DNA of 64,000 nt from Bacteroidales bacterium (lineage in GTDB: Bacteria > Bacteroidota > Bacteroidia > Bacteroidales > B18-G4). Location: positions 1,892 to 65,891 of the forward strand of contig JAGYLD010000005.1 in NCBI GenBank assembly GCA_018401355.1. Reading direction: 5' to 3'. Below are positions 38,859 to 49,203 of this stretch, piece by piece. Position numbers and translations under genes: made by a program. Position 1 is the first letter of the stretch; every line of letters begins with the position of its first letter. The notes below the pieces were generated by a model. It was not told the origin of the DNA and did not search any database. It worked only from the letters and a program-made list of their open reading frames with translations.

Positions 38859-41534
38859 TTAATCGATGGACTGGTTAATTGAAAAATGGAAGTTACCACC
38901 TGCTTTAACACCAAGATTGGTTGGCTGGTCAAATCCATAACCCCAGTCAAGACCCAATTCTCCGAACATCGGCAGGAATATCCTCACACCAAATCCAGCT
39001 GATCTGTATACTTCAAATGGATTAAAGTCTTTAAAATGCAACCAGTTATTACCTGCTTCCAGGAAACCCATAACATATATGGTGGCTGTAGGATTTAATG
39101 ACAGCGGGTATCGCAGCTCCAAAGTATATTTAGCATATGCCGTACCACCAACATCATTGTTTTCGATACGGTCGGGACTGATCAGGCCCGGACTGTCATA
39201 ACCTCTCATTCCAATTATTTCGCGTCCATCCAATTGATTATACCCTGTTAAACCATCTCCTCCAAGATAGAATCTTTCAAAGGGTGTAACCCCAATACTC
39301 CTGGTATAGGTTCCAAGAAATCCGAACTTAACCCTTGAATGTAAAACCAGTTTCTCTGCAATCTCCGTAAAGAAAGAAGCTTTAATTTTCCATTTGTGAT
39401 ATTCTATCCATTTGTACTTTTCATTGGGTGTCATATCTGAGTAATCTTTTTCAGAAAACCATGAATAAGGAGGCGTAACCTCTAACGACACCGATATGTC
39501 AGAACCACCCCTTGGATATAATGGATTTGGTGTTATGGAGTTTCTCCCCAAGACAATATTATAGTTTATGTTGTTGTAAAAACCGGTTCCTGTTCCGCCA
39601 ACAATAAGTTGTGTCCAGTTTTTCAGTTCATACCTTTGGAAATTAATTCCCTGATAAAGTGTAAAGAAGTCATCGGGCCATCTTAACCGTTTTCCAAGTC
39701 CAAAAGACAACCCGTTAATTTTGAACGCAGCATAATTTGGATTGCTGCGGGAAAGGCCATTATTATATAAGGAATAATAATATGAAACACTAAAAGCATT
39801 TGGTTTTCTGCCTCCAAGCCACGGTTCGGTAAACGACACACTGTAACTAATATACCCTTTACCATATGATTGGACCCTCAGGCTGAGCTTTTGTCCATCC
39901 CCTGAAGGTATTGGTCGCCATGCATTCTTTTTGAAAAAATTCCTCAAAGAAAAATTATTGAATGAAACACCCAGGGTACCAATGATCCTGCCATACCCCC
40001 ATCCACCAGACAACTCAATCTGATCAGCTGAGGTCTCCTCTACAGAATATACAATATCCACAGTTCCTGTTACGGGATCCGGAACCACATCCGGAGTAAT
40101 GGTTTCAGGATTAAAGTAACGTAATGTCCCCAGCTCCCTGATGGTACGAATAATATCCGACCTGCTGAACAACTGTCCAGGCCTGGTACGTATTTCACGA
40201 ATAATGACATGGTCATTTGTTTTGGTATTTCCTCTTACCTGAACTTTATTGATGGTAGCTTGTTTCCCTTCCCTGATCCGGATCTCAATATCTATTGAGT
40301 CATTTTCAACAAGTACCTCAACAGGTTCCACTGTAAAAAACAGATACCCATCATCCAGGTACAGTGAACTGACATCCAAACCAGCCTGATTAAAATTAAG
40401 ATTGGTTTCCAGTACCTCACGGTTATATACATCTCCCTTTTCTATTCTAAGTATCTGATTGAGCTGTTCGCTGGTGTATTTTGTATTACCAATCCATGCA
40501 ATATTCCTGAAATAATATTTTTGGCCCTCGTTTACATAAATATCAATTCCAATGGTGTTATCATCGCGCTTGTAGATGGAATCTCTTACAATCTTTGCAT
40601 CCCTGTAACCCAGAGAGTTATACTTATTAATCAGATTTATTTTATCATCTTCATAATCACTTTCAATAAACTTAGAAGACTTAAAGAGCCTGAGTCTCAA
40701 GTTTTTTGCCAGATAAACCTGGAAATCGTTATACATTTCAAAAAATTGAAAACGGAATGCATCCTTGAGCAACCTGAAAAATAGAACTTCAATATCGTTC
40801 ATGGGATTAAAGATCCCTTTCTCCTTGGTTTCTTTTAAAACCCGCTTAATTTGCTCATTCGTCAGATTTTCGTTCCCATGGATATTGATCTCATAGATTT
40901 TGATTTTGTCATTTTTATCTATATCCATTTCCAGGATGACATAATTCGCTCTTGTTGTATCAGGTATTTGTTGAATATTCACCTCGGCGTTCAGGAAACC
41001 TTTGTCCCCATAGTAATTCTGGATGATATTTCTTACCCGCATTAACATATTATCGGTGACAACATCACCTCTGGCAATTCTCATTTCATCCCGCAAATTA
41101 TCAGCTTCAGACTTTTTCACCCCTTTAAAGGAGAATTTCAGAAGTCTGGGTCTTTCCTTAAGATAGATATCCAGGAAAATGACCTCTCCATCAATCCTTG
41201 ACGCAGTAATGCCAATATCTTCAAACAGTCCCTGATCCCATAATTTCTTGATGGCCCCGGATACTTTCTCACCCGGCACACTGATCTTATCACCAACTGA
41301 TAGACCGGACAACATAATTAAAACATTCTGATCAAGGTATTGAACACCTGAAACGGTGATGCCTCCAATCTCATAGTCTTTAGGACTGGAATAATCAATA
41401 AGATCATCTTGTCCGATAACAATTTGAGCATGCGAAAATGGAATGAATGAAAAAAGTAAGATAAAAACAAAGCCGGATATTATCAACATCCGTGCATTTT
41501 TGATGATCTTAAATAAGCCTGGTATAATGCTCAT
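38859..41534 (-). CDS. bamA: outer membrane protein assembly factor BamA
   Basis: 891 aa. Five POTRA-like repeats, then an Omp85 barrel ending ...NFHFSINQSID. Located between uppS and skp as in other Bacteroidota. Confidence 0.9.
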   Translation of the reverse strand: MSIIPGLFKIIKNARMLIISGFVFILLFSFIPFSHAQIVIGQDDLIDYSSPKDYEIGGITVSGVQYLDQNVLIMLSGLSVGDKISVPGEKVSGAIKKLWDQGLFEDIGITASRIDGEVIFLDIYLKERPRLLKFSFKGVKKSEADNLRDEMRIARGDVVTDNMLMRVRNIIQNYYGDKGFLNAEVNIQQIPDTTRANYVILEMDIDKNDKIKIYEINIHGNENLTNEQIKRVLKETKEKGIFNPMNDIEVLFFRLLKDAFRFQFFEMYNDFQVYLAKNLRLRLFKSSKFIESDYEDDKINLINKYNSLGYRDAKIVRDSIYKRDDNTIGIDIYVNEGQKYYFRNIAWIGNTKYTSEQLNQILRIEKGDVYNREVLETNLNFNQAGLDVSSLYLDDGYLFFTVEPVEVLVENDSIDIEIRIREGKQATINKVQVRGNTKTNDHVIIREIRTRPGQLFSRSDIIRTIRELGTLRYFNPETITPDVVPDPVTGTVDIVYSVEETSADQIELSGGWGYGRIIGTLGVSFNNFSLRNFFKKNAWRPIPSGDGQKLSLRVQSYGKGYISYSVSFTEPWLGGRKPNAFSVSYYYSLYNNGLSRSNPNYAAFKINGLSFGLGKRLRWPDDFFTLYQGINFQRYELKNWTQLIVGGTGTGFYNNINYNIVLGRNSITPNPLYPRGGSDISVSLEVTPPYSWFSEKDYSDMTPNEKYKWIEYHKWKIKASFFTEIAEKLVLHSRVKFGFLGTYTRSIGVTPFERFYLGGDGLTGYNQLDGREIIGMRGYDSPGLISPDRIENNDVGGTAYAKYTLELRYPLSLNPTATIYVMGFLEAGNNWLHFKDFNPFEVYRSAGFGVRIFLPMFGELGLDWGYGFDQPTNLGVKAGGNFHFSINQSID

Positions 41535-42298
41535 TATGAATTTTCCACTTTTATTTGTTCACTTATTTTGCCAAATCTTCTTTCCCTGGATTGAAAATCT
41601 ATAATGGCTTCATAGAGGTTATTTTTTCTAAAATCCGGCCATAAAACATCCGTAAAATATAATTCCGCATAGGCTATCTGCCAGAGCAGGAAATTGCTAA
41701 TTCTTTGTTCTCCGCTTGTACGAATCAGCAATTCCGGATCCGGGATATTACTGGTTGTAAAATAATTACTTACGAAGGACTGATCAATATGGGAAGGGTC
41801 TACATTCTGCTGTTTTACATCCGCAACAATTTTTTTTACAGCTTCCGTGATCTCCCATCTTGAACTATAGCTCAAAGCCAAAGTCAATGTCATCCGGTCA
41901 TTGTCACTGGTATCTTCAATGGCTTTCATTAAACTTTTAAAAATATTTTGGGGCAATGAATCCAAATTGCCAATGGCATTCAGTTTTATATTGTTTTTAT
42001 TGAGGGTTGCTGTTTCCTGATTAATGGTTTGCAGCAATAAATGCATGAGTGCATCAATTTCATACTTTGGCCTCGACCAGTTTTCTGTTGAGAAGGCATA
42101 CAAAGTCAGGTAAGGGATTCCCAGCTCTGCTGCTGCCTCTGAAGTTTCTCTCACAGATTTGACTCCATTTCGATGACCAAAAGTTCTGGGTCTTTTGCGC
42201 ATTTTTGCCCATCTTCCATTCCCATCCATAATAATGGCTACGTGGTTTGGCAGATGTAATAAATCAATTTTATCCTTCAGATTCATGCTTTTTTCCAT
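41534..42298 (-). CDS. uppS: isoprenyl transferase (undecaprenyl diphosphate synthase)
   Basis: HVAIIMDGNGRWA, ...LYAFSTENWSRP..., ERRFG. ATG at 42298 preferred over the TTG at 42355. 1-nt overlap (TAATG) with the bamA start. Confidence 0.9.
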   Translation of the reverse strand: MEKSMNLKDKIDLLHLPNHVAIIMDGNGRWAKMRKRPRTFGHRNGVKSVRETSEAAAELGIPYLTLYAFSTENWSRPKYEIDALMHLLLQTINQETATLNKNNIKLNAIGNLDSLPQNIFKSLMKAIEDTSDNDRMTLTLALSYSSRWEITEAVKKIVADVKQQNVDPSHIDQSFVSNYFTTSNIPDPELLIRTSGEQRISNFLLWQIAYAELYFTDVLWPDFRKNNLYEAIIDFQSRERRFGKISEQIKVENS

Positions 42299-42332
42299 CA
42301 ATTGGGCCTCAAAAGTACCAAATATTTCCGGA

Positions 42333-43142
42333 TCAATATTTTCTCCGGGTTCCAAAATCCCTGCATCGGTAATTTTTGAACAAGTTGAATTTATATGTTA
42401 AGGTAATTCCTGTAAAATTATACCAATCTTTGGTTTTAGGATCCCCCCTCTGCATACCCGGTTTATGATCAAGGGTTGGATCTGACAAATACTCTGAAGG
42501 ATTATTCTGGCTTATTGCCTCTCCGTCAAGATAATATGTTTCGCTTACATCATCCAGATAGTCTGTAAAAGTTTTTCTCAAGCCCCATTCAAAAGCAACA
42601 CCCAGCCTTTTATTTAAACTGAATTTAAACCCAAAGCCAAAAGGTATGGCAAAACTATACGGTTCGTAAGGTTCTCTTCCGTCATAACCTACATTTTGTC
42701 CTTCTGTACCAATATCTCGTAAATCCACCCCATCAGCAACCGGATTAAACATAAAAAATGAGACCCCTGCAAAAATATAGGGCGATACAAAATTCAAGGT
42801 ATTTCCGGTAACATATTTGAAGAAGTTCAGCTCTACAATTGCTGAGACATCAGTAATATTGGATTCAAAACCAAGATTCCTGGATGTATTAGCCTTTGTA
42901 ATTTCATCATCAGCTTTAATTTTCCCTCTGTAAACACTGGCCTTTACTGCCCATCTTGGATTGATATTATATCGCACCAGTCCGCCATAGGCAACATCAG
43001 ATTGTACAAAGTGTTTGACAGGATTCAGATCTCCCAAATAATATGCCCCGCCTGCAAACAATCCAACCTCAAAAGATCTTTGCGCTGAACCAGCAAAACC
43101 CAATAAAATTAGTGTAAATATAATGCCTGTTTTCTTCAACAT
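42333..43142 (-). CDS. DUF6089-family outer-membrane beta-barrel protein
   Basis: Start at ATG 43142 (MLKKTGIIFTLILLGFAGSAQ). FEVGLFAGGAYYLGDLNP plus the conserved position upstream of uppS-bamA. Confidence 0.65.
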   Translation of the reverse strand: MLKKTGIIFTLILLGFAGSAQRSFEVGLFAGGAYYLGDLNPVKHFVQSDVAYGGLVRYNINPRWAVKASVYRGKIKADDEITKANTSRNLGFESNITDVSAIVELNFFKYVTGNTLNFVSPYIFAGVSFFMFNPVADGVDLRDIGTEGQNVGYDGREPYEPYSFAIPFGFGFKFSLNKRLGVAFEWGLRKTFTDYLDDVSETYYLDGEAISQNNPSEYLSDPTLDHKPGMQRGDPKTKDWYNFTGITLTYKFNLFKNYRCRDFGTRRKY

Positions 43143-43165
43143 ATCATCAATAATGCAGAGCCAAA

Positions 43166-44044
43166 TCAATTCCTGATATCCAGGCCCCAGTTAAGTTTAT
43201 CCCGAATGGTAGAGAAAAAAGTCTTTTCAACGATCTGGACAAGGTTCACATTAAATTCTTCCTTATTAACAAACAACTCATTTTCAGCACCTATTATTTT
43301 CGTTCTGGAATCAAGACTTGCCAGGAAGTTCTTGTCCCTGCCTTCTACACGGATTCGTATCCTGCTTTTGTCGGATATAACGATGGGCCTGATTGTTAAA
43401 TTGTGCGCTGCTATTGGAGTTATCACAAAGTTCTCAGAGCCAGGTGTTAAAATTGGTCCCCCGCTACTTAAAGAATATGCCGTTGACCCTGTGGGGGTTG
43501 CAACAATTAAACCATCTGCCCAATAGGAATTCAAAAACATATCATCTATATAAACATGGGTTACAACAAGATGATTTGAATCTTTCCTGGTAATCACCAA
43601 ATCATTCAGTGCATAATTAAAATCCCCAAACAGATTATCCTTTGTATTTACCTTTAATAATGTCCTTTTGTCAAGCTGATATTTTCCTTCAAATAAACGG
43701 TCAATAGCAAGCATGGTTTCATCCTGGGAAATGCTGGAAAGATAACCCAGGCGCCCAAGATTTATCCCAAGGATGGGAATACCGGAATCTCTTATGAATG
43801 TAATGGTATCCAGCAATGTCCCATCACCACCAATGGAAAAAAGGAAATCCGCCTTTCCTGTGAGGTCACTGTGCTTATTGAAGAAATCCATCCTTCGGGG
43901 GCTGGTGATCAATCTTTCTATCTTCCTGTAATAAGGTTCATAAAAGATGAGCTTAACGCCAAGGTCATCAAGCTTATTGATCAATTGCTTTAAATAACCC
44001 TCATGAGTCTCAGCCAAAGCCTTCCCAAATATGGCAATATCCAT
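43166..44044 (-). CDS. nadK: NAD+ kinase
   Basis: GGDGTLL motif, ...PTGSTAYSLSSGGPI... Confidence 0.9.
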   Translation of the reverse strand: MDIAIFGKALAETHEGYLKQLINKLDDLGVKLIFYEPYYRKIERLITSPRRMDFFNKHSDLTGKADFLFSIGGDGTLLDTITFIRDSGIPILGINLGRLGYLSSISQDETMLAIDRLFEGKYQLDKRTLLKVNTKDNLFGDFNYALNDLVITRKDSNHLVVTHVYIDDMFLNSYWADGLIVATPTGSTAYSLSSGGPILTPGSENFVITPIAAHNLTIRPIVISDKSRIRIRVEGRDKNFLASLDSRTKIIGAENELFVNKEEFNVNLVQIVEKTFFSTIRDKLNWGLDIRN

Positions 44045-44137
44045 TGTAAATGAATGATTTAGAATTACCTATAAAAGTTGCAAGTTTACAAAATTAACAG
44101 AATTATTGTGAAAGGATTAACAACTTTTAACAAATCT

Positions 44138-45610
44138 TTAAATAGGTGCCATAAAATGAAGAAAAAAACCATATTCACCCATTCTGTTGATGGAAAACTC
44201 CGTTCTGAAAACAACATCATAATATGTGACAAAATCCAATCCTGCCCCATATCCAACCAACAAACTGTTATCAAGTTCATTCCTGTTTACAGGATCTGAA
44301 TATGGGTCATCTGAATAGCCAATATCTGTAAAAAGGTTTGCATAAATAGCAACATGTACCTTGCTGAATTTTTCGGAAGGAATAAAACCAATGTCAAAAA
44401 CTTTTGTGGGTAAAATAGCAAATTTCAGGTTCGTTTTTAACAATGCAAAATTCTGACCATCTACCACATAATATTCATAGGATCTTACAAAATCCCGTCC
44501 GTAACCAAGCCCTTTTGTTAAAAAATATGGTTGTCTTTTTTGATTGGAAAACTTGCCATTGAGACCAAACGCGAAGTACCAACGATTATATAATTGCCAG
44601 TATTTCCTGTAAGTACTCATAATCTGCAGGACATCAACAGCACTTTCAGTAAAAAAACCCAGGCCCATTTTTTCCAAACCTGCATCAAAATAGTATCCTT
44701 CAAGCGGATATGCCTTAAAGTCTCTGTGATCACTCCGAAACTCATAATAAAAGCTGAAAAATTTTACAATATCCTGGTTATTGGCAGAAAAATGCGGATT
44801 TAACACCAGGAGGGTATCATCAAATTCATGTTGAATGTATGATAACTCAAACTTTTGGGTATTATAAATGCCTTTCCTGTATAAAAACTGAACATAAGCA
44901 AAGGATTCCTTTTTTACATACTTATCTTCATTTTTGTAATAAACAAGTTTATTCTCTTCTGTTCGGTAAGATGTTTCATGGTTGAACGACATACCGGCTC
45001 CAAGTCCTATTCCGAGGGTCTCTTTTTTATTGATGTATGGAATCTTATAAAATAAATCATATTGCTCATTGTAGCCAAATCTTAATCTGAGCTTCATGGT
45101 TTCTTTTCTGCCCCGGAAATTTTCCCAGGTTACAAAAGCTCCGTAACTCACCCGGCTGAAATCTTTTGAATCAAGCCATGCATTGAAATTTCTGTCAGAC
45201 AATTCAAAAATTGGAAATGGCCAAATATACCAACGCTCAACCATCGACACCTTAATAAATAATTGATCCGGCTTATGGTGAACCTGAAGGGTGTCAATGT
45301 CCACAAAGTTGAACAAAGAAGTATTTAGCAGGTTTTCCCTGCTTTTCTCAATAACAGATGATAATTGGTCAGTACGTAAAGTATCACCATTTTTAAAAAG
45401 CAATTCCCTTGTAATGATCCTTTCTTTTGTAACCTTGTTTCCCTGAAAAATAATGCTGTCAATAACCAGCAAATCACCCGGCAGTGTTTTGGATTCAAAT
45501 TCATACTCACTATTTACCTGAGCAAATCCTGTATGGCCAAAAATGAAAAAGCAAACAAAAAACAAATATTTTGTTAAAGACAGGTATATCGCTTTCGGGC
45601 TATCAGGCAT
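44138..45610 (-). CDS. Omp85-family (BamA/TamA-like) outer membrane protein with a single POTRA-like domain
   Basis: Signal peptide. DSIIFQGNKVTKERIITRELLFKNGDTL (POTRA). Aromatic-rich barrel strands. Confidence 0.6.
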   Translation of the reverse strand: MPDSPKAIYLSLTKYLFFVCFFIFGHTGFAQVNSEYEFESKTLPGDLLVIDSIIFQGNKVTKERIITRELLFKNGDTLRTDQLSSVIEKSRENLLNTSLFNFVDIDTLQVHHKPDQLFIKVSMVERWYIWPFPIFELSDRNFNAWLDSKDFSRVSYGAFVTWENFRGRKETMKLRLRFGYNEQYDLFYKIPYINKKETLGIGLGAGMSFNHETSYRTEENKLVYYKNEDKYVKKESFAYVQFLYRKGIYNTQKFELSYIQHEFDDTLLVLNPHFSANNQDIVKFFSFYYEFRSDHRDFKAYPLEGYYFDAGLEKMGLGFFTESAVDVLQIMSTYRKYWQLYNRWYFAFGLNGKFSNQKRQPYFLTKGLGYGRDFVRSYEYYVVDGQNFALLKTNLKFAILPTKVFDIGFIPSEKFSKVHVAIYANLFTDIGYSDDPYSDPVNRNELDNSLLVGYGAGLDFVTYYDVVFRTEFSINRMGEYGFFLHFMAPI

Positions 45611-45647
45611 TTTGACAAGTATCTATTCGCTGGAGATCATTCAAAGA

Positions 45648-46319
45648 TCAAATATTCAGATATTTCAAGAAAGACTCATACCTGTTTTTAAAATCTTCAA
45701 AGTATTCGCTTTCTTCGGAAAATGTTGCCTTTATAATATAATTATAACGATTAAAGGTCTGTAAAACAGAACTTATATCCATTTTATTTGTTTTCAGGGT
45801 GACTTCAAATTTTGTAGAATCTTTTATGGATGTTAAATAAACCCCCAGTATTCTCGTATCATTTGATTCAACGATCTGTACAATTTCTGAAAGGGAGTAA
45901 TTATTTTCATCAATTTCCAGGATAATGATCCCCCCCGGATTGACAAACAGATCCATATTTGCCATTCGATACATAAGATTATTAAGAAGTATAGAACCCA
46001 AATACCTGTTTTTGTCATCAACCACCGGAAGTAAAGTCAGCTTAAATGCACCTATTAGTTTTACTGCATCAAAAAGATGCTGGGATTCTGTAATAAACCC
46101 TCTGGATTCAGAAAGTCTGTGGTTTCCCAGAGGTTCTTCTGGTTTAGCATACTCATAAATATCTGATTCTGAAATCAGGCCAAGAAACTGAACATTATTT
46201 ACAATAGGAAGATGAGAAACTTTAATTTCTTCCATAATAGAAAGAGCATCCTCACCTGTATCTGATGTTTTCAGAGGAGCTATGTCATCGGTAATAATAT
46301 CAATGGCAAACATAATCAT
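45648..46319 (-). CDS. CBS-domain pair protein
   Basis: Two CBS-like units (...ALSIMEEIKVSHLPIVNN... and ...LFDAVKLIGAFKLTLLPVVDD...) plus a C-terminal ACT-like segment. Confidence 0.7.
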   Translation of the reverse strand: MIMFAIDIITDDIAPLKTSDTGEDALSIMEEIKVSHLPIVNNVQFLGLISESDIYEYAKPEEPLGNHRLSESRGFITESQHLFDAVKLIGAFKLTLLPVVDDKNRYLGSILLNNLMYRMANMDLFVNPGGIIILEIDENNYSLSEIVQIVESNDTRILGVYLTSIKDSTKFEVTLKTNKMDISSVLQTFNRYNYIIKATFSEESEYFEDFKNRYESFLKYLNI

Positions 46320-46327
46320 TAAACTTT

Positions 46328-47266
46328 TTAAATAAGGTTATCATCCTGAAGGATCTTCAAATAATTCAGGTATCTGGATTTGGCTATATCACCTTCTTTA
46401 ACAGCATTTTTCACGGCACATCCCGGTTCATGTACATGCGTACAATTGTAGTATTTACAATCATGAAGCAATGCCCGCATTTCAGGATACCGTTCTGAAA
46501 TTTCCGCTGGCTTAAAATCATACAATCCAAATTCCTTTATTCCAGGAGTATCAATAATATATCCACCCTGTGGCAGAGCAAACATCTCGGCAAAAGTAGT
46601 TGTATGTACGCCTTTCAGGTGAACATTAGATATATTTTGTGTTTTAAGGTTCAATCCCGGAATCATGGCATTGATCAGGTGTGATTTACCTACACCGGAA
46701 TGTCCTGAAAATAGTGTTGTTCTATTTTTCATTGATTTAAAAAGGTTTTCAATGTTATCACCCCTAAGCGCTGATACTTTAAAACACTGATAACCTACAG
46801 CAGAATAAACAGATTCCAGTTCTTCCATCAAACTCAACATCTTGAAGTCATAAATATCAATCTTATTAAAAACTATGCAGGAAGGGATATGATATGCCTC
46901 AGAAGTTATTAAAAAGCGGTCGATAAAACCCGTTGATGTTCTGGGTTTGGCTAATGTAACAATTAAGAATGCCTGATCAATATTTGCAGCAATAATGTGC
47001 GATCTTTTGGAAAGTTTGGTCGCCTTACGGACAATATAATTGTTTCTGGGCTGAATATCATTTATTGTTGCTGTGCCATCATCATTGAAAGAAATACTTA
47101 CTTTATCACCTACGACAACCGGATTGGTAGCTTTTATTCCTTTGATTCTAAATTTCCCCTTCAGGCGTGCCTGGTAGATTTTCTCTTCATGAGTTCTTAC
47201 AAGATACCAGCTTCCGGTTGATTTTATTACAATTCCATCCAAAACAGAAAAATTTAAAGGCAACAA
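46328..47266 (-). CDS. rsgA: ribosome small-subunit-dependent GTPase A
   Basis: OB-fold N-terminus, circularly permuted GTPase (NKIDI ... GHSGVGKSHLINAM), zinc knuckle CKYYNCTHVHEPGCAV. Probable TTG start. Confidence 0.9.
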   Translation of the reverse strand: MLPLNFSVLDGIVIKSTGSWYLVRTHEEKIYQARLKGKFRIKGIKATNPVVVGDKVSISFNDDGTATINDIQPRNNYIVRKATKLSKRSHIIAANIDQAFLIVTLAKPRTSTGFIDRFLITSEAYHIPSCIVFNKIDIYDFKMLSLMEELESVYSAVGYQCFKVSALRGDNIENLFKSMKNRTTLFSGHSGVGKSHLINAMIPGLNLKTQNISNVHLKGVHTTTFAEMFALPQGGYIIDTPGIKEFGLYDFKPAEISERYPEMRALLHDCKYYNCTHVHEPGCAVKNAVKEGDIAKSRYLNYLKILQDDNLI

Positions 47267-47333
47267 ATCACTATTTAATTATGTAAAAATACGATAAATG
47301 TACTATATTTGATCAGGATCAAAAACCGGACAT

Positions 47334-48032
47334 ATGAACATACTTTACATCCTCTCTATCCCAATACCGCCAGTACTTGCTATCATCATCCTGTACTATT
47401 TGAAAAAGTATTATGATCATGAAAGGTACAGGCTGTTGTTTAAATCTTTTCTTCTCGGAATGGTAATAGTTGTTTTCCCGCTGGTTGCCCATCTTATTAT
47501 CGATTATCTGGGTTACAGCGACCTGAAAAGTTTACGAAGGGTTCTTTTCTATTCCTTCATTGTAGCAGGATTTTTTGGGGAATTCGGCAAATTCCTGGTT
47601 CTGAGATATTATGTTTATCCGAAGGAAAGCTTTGATGGCCCGTCAGATGGGATATTATTTGGCATCATCATCGCACTGGGTTATGCAACCATAGAAAACA
47701 CACTGTATGTTTTTGGATTAATGGATGCAGGAACCTCCAACCCCATCATCGCGCATGCCTACACTGCAGCACCTGCCAATATCTTTTTTGCAATAACCAT
47801 GGGATTTTTTGTAGGCATGGCAAAATTGGGCCATAACGTCTTTCTTAATTCCACTGCAGGATTATTAACAACAGCATTTTTCCACGGTTTATATGATTTC
47901 TGCTTATTAACAAGAGACTATAAGCTTCTGAGCGTATTTGCATTTGGTTTTATGTTTCTTGTAGTGCTCTTGCTATGGAAGGCAGCAAAAGGAAAAATTG
48001 AAGATCGACGTACACAGATCAACAAACCATAA
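47334..48032 (+). CDS. PrsW-family intramembrane protease
   Basis: Multi-pass membrane protein with GEFGKF, GYATIENTLY and FHGLYDF motifs. Confidence 0.65.
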   Translation: MNILYILSIPIPPVLAIIILYYLKKYYDHERYRLLFKSFLLGMVIVVFPLVAHLIIDYLGYSDLKSLRRVLFYSFIVAGFFGEFGKFLVLRYYVYPKESFDGPSDGILFGIIIALGYATIENTLYVFGLMDAGTSNPIIAHAYTAAPANIFFAITMGFFVGMAKLGHNVFLNSTAGLLTTAFFHGLYDFCLLTRDYKLLSVFAFGFMFLVVLLLWKAAKGKIEDRRTQINKP

Positions 48033-48033
48033 A

Positions 48034-49125
48034 TTAAACAGGCATATATAGATTACCGGGAAAGACCCTTATATACCCTGCCAGCTCCATTTCAAGGAGC
48101 ATAACCTTTAAATCTCCGTTATCAAAGCCAGATAAGGCCAGCAACTGATCTATTCTAAGTCCGGCATGTTCACGCAAGAGCAAATACAATTTTTTAAACC
48201 TGGGATCCAGATCAGTAAAAATGTGGGTCTGAACCCCGCCCCCCCTGTTATCATCCCATTGCATTAATGAAATAATGTCCCCGGGTGTCCTTACCAATGC
48301 AGCCTTATTGTCATAAATCAACCAGTTACATCCTCCGGAATGCTTGTCATCAGTCCGGCCAGGGACTGCAAAAACATCTCTGTTATATGATACTGCTATA
48401 TCAGCAGTGATAAGAGCTCCTCCCCGCTCTGCTGATTCAACAACCAAAACTGCATCAGACAATCCTGCTACAATACGGTTTCTTTTAGGAAAATTTTCCC
48501 TGTCGGGTTTTGCACCGCTTATAAACTCTGTCAACAATCCCCCTTGTTGAAGAATTCGTGATGCAAGCTTCCTGTTAGCAGGAGGATAAATGGTATGAAA
48601 ACCATGTGCCAGCACCCCCAGGGTATCGCATCCATCCTGCAAAGCCGTCCTGTGCGCAATACTATCAATTCCATAAGCCAACCCACTTATAATTAAAGCA
48701 TTAACTTGCTTTAACCCATGTACAAACTTTACACATTGTTGCCTGCCATATTCCGTAGGACTTCTTGTTCCAACAATCGCAATGGTTTTTCTTGCATTGA
48801 TGTCACCATTGCCTTTGAAAAATAACACTAGTGGCCCATCTTCACACTCTTTCAGCCTAAAAGGATACGTTTCATCCTCAATTGAGATCATCTGTATTCT
48901 TTTCTGCAAAATAAAATGAAGCTCTTTTTCAGCCCTTTTCAAATAATTCGATGACTTCAGCTCATACACAATTTGTTTATTTAAGCCCCTTATCCTGGTC
49001 AAATTGGAAGCCGTTTCCATGAAAACAGCTTCGGAGGAGCCACAGGTTTTGATCAACTTCCTGCCCGTAATGGATCCAATACCCGGAACAAGTGTTAAGG
49101 CTATTTGAAAAATTCTTTTATCCAT
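48034..49125 (-). CDS. dprA: DNA-processing/protecting protein DprA (Smf)
   Basis: ...IAIVGTRSPTEYG..., GLAYGIDSIAHR, VVESAERGGALITA. Confidence 0.9.
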   Translation of the reverse strand: MDKRIFQIALTLVPGIGSITGRKLIKTCGSSEAVFMETASNLTRIRGLNKQIVYELKSSNYLKRAEKELHFILQKRIQMISIEDETYPFRLKECEDGPLVLFFKGNGDINARKTIAIVGTRSPTEYGRQQCVKFVHGLKQVNALIISGLAYGIDSIAHRTALQDGCDTLGVLAHGFHTIYPPANRKLASRILQQGGLLTEFISGAKPDRENFPKRNRIVAGLSDAVLVVESAERGGALITADIAVSYNRDVFAVPGRTDDKHSGGCNWLIYDNKAALVRTPGDIISLMQWDDNRGGGVQTHIFTDLDPRFKKLYLLLREHAGLRIDQLLALSGFDNGDLKVMLLEMELAGYIRVFPGNLYMPV

Positions 49126-49203
49126 TAGTAAGTTCTTAAAGCATTGTAATGATGATTTATTTATATATTTATCCTCAAACTCTTAAAACATACCCAAAAA
49201 AAA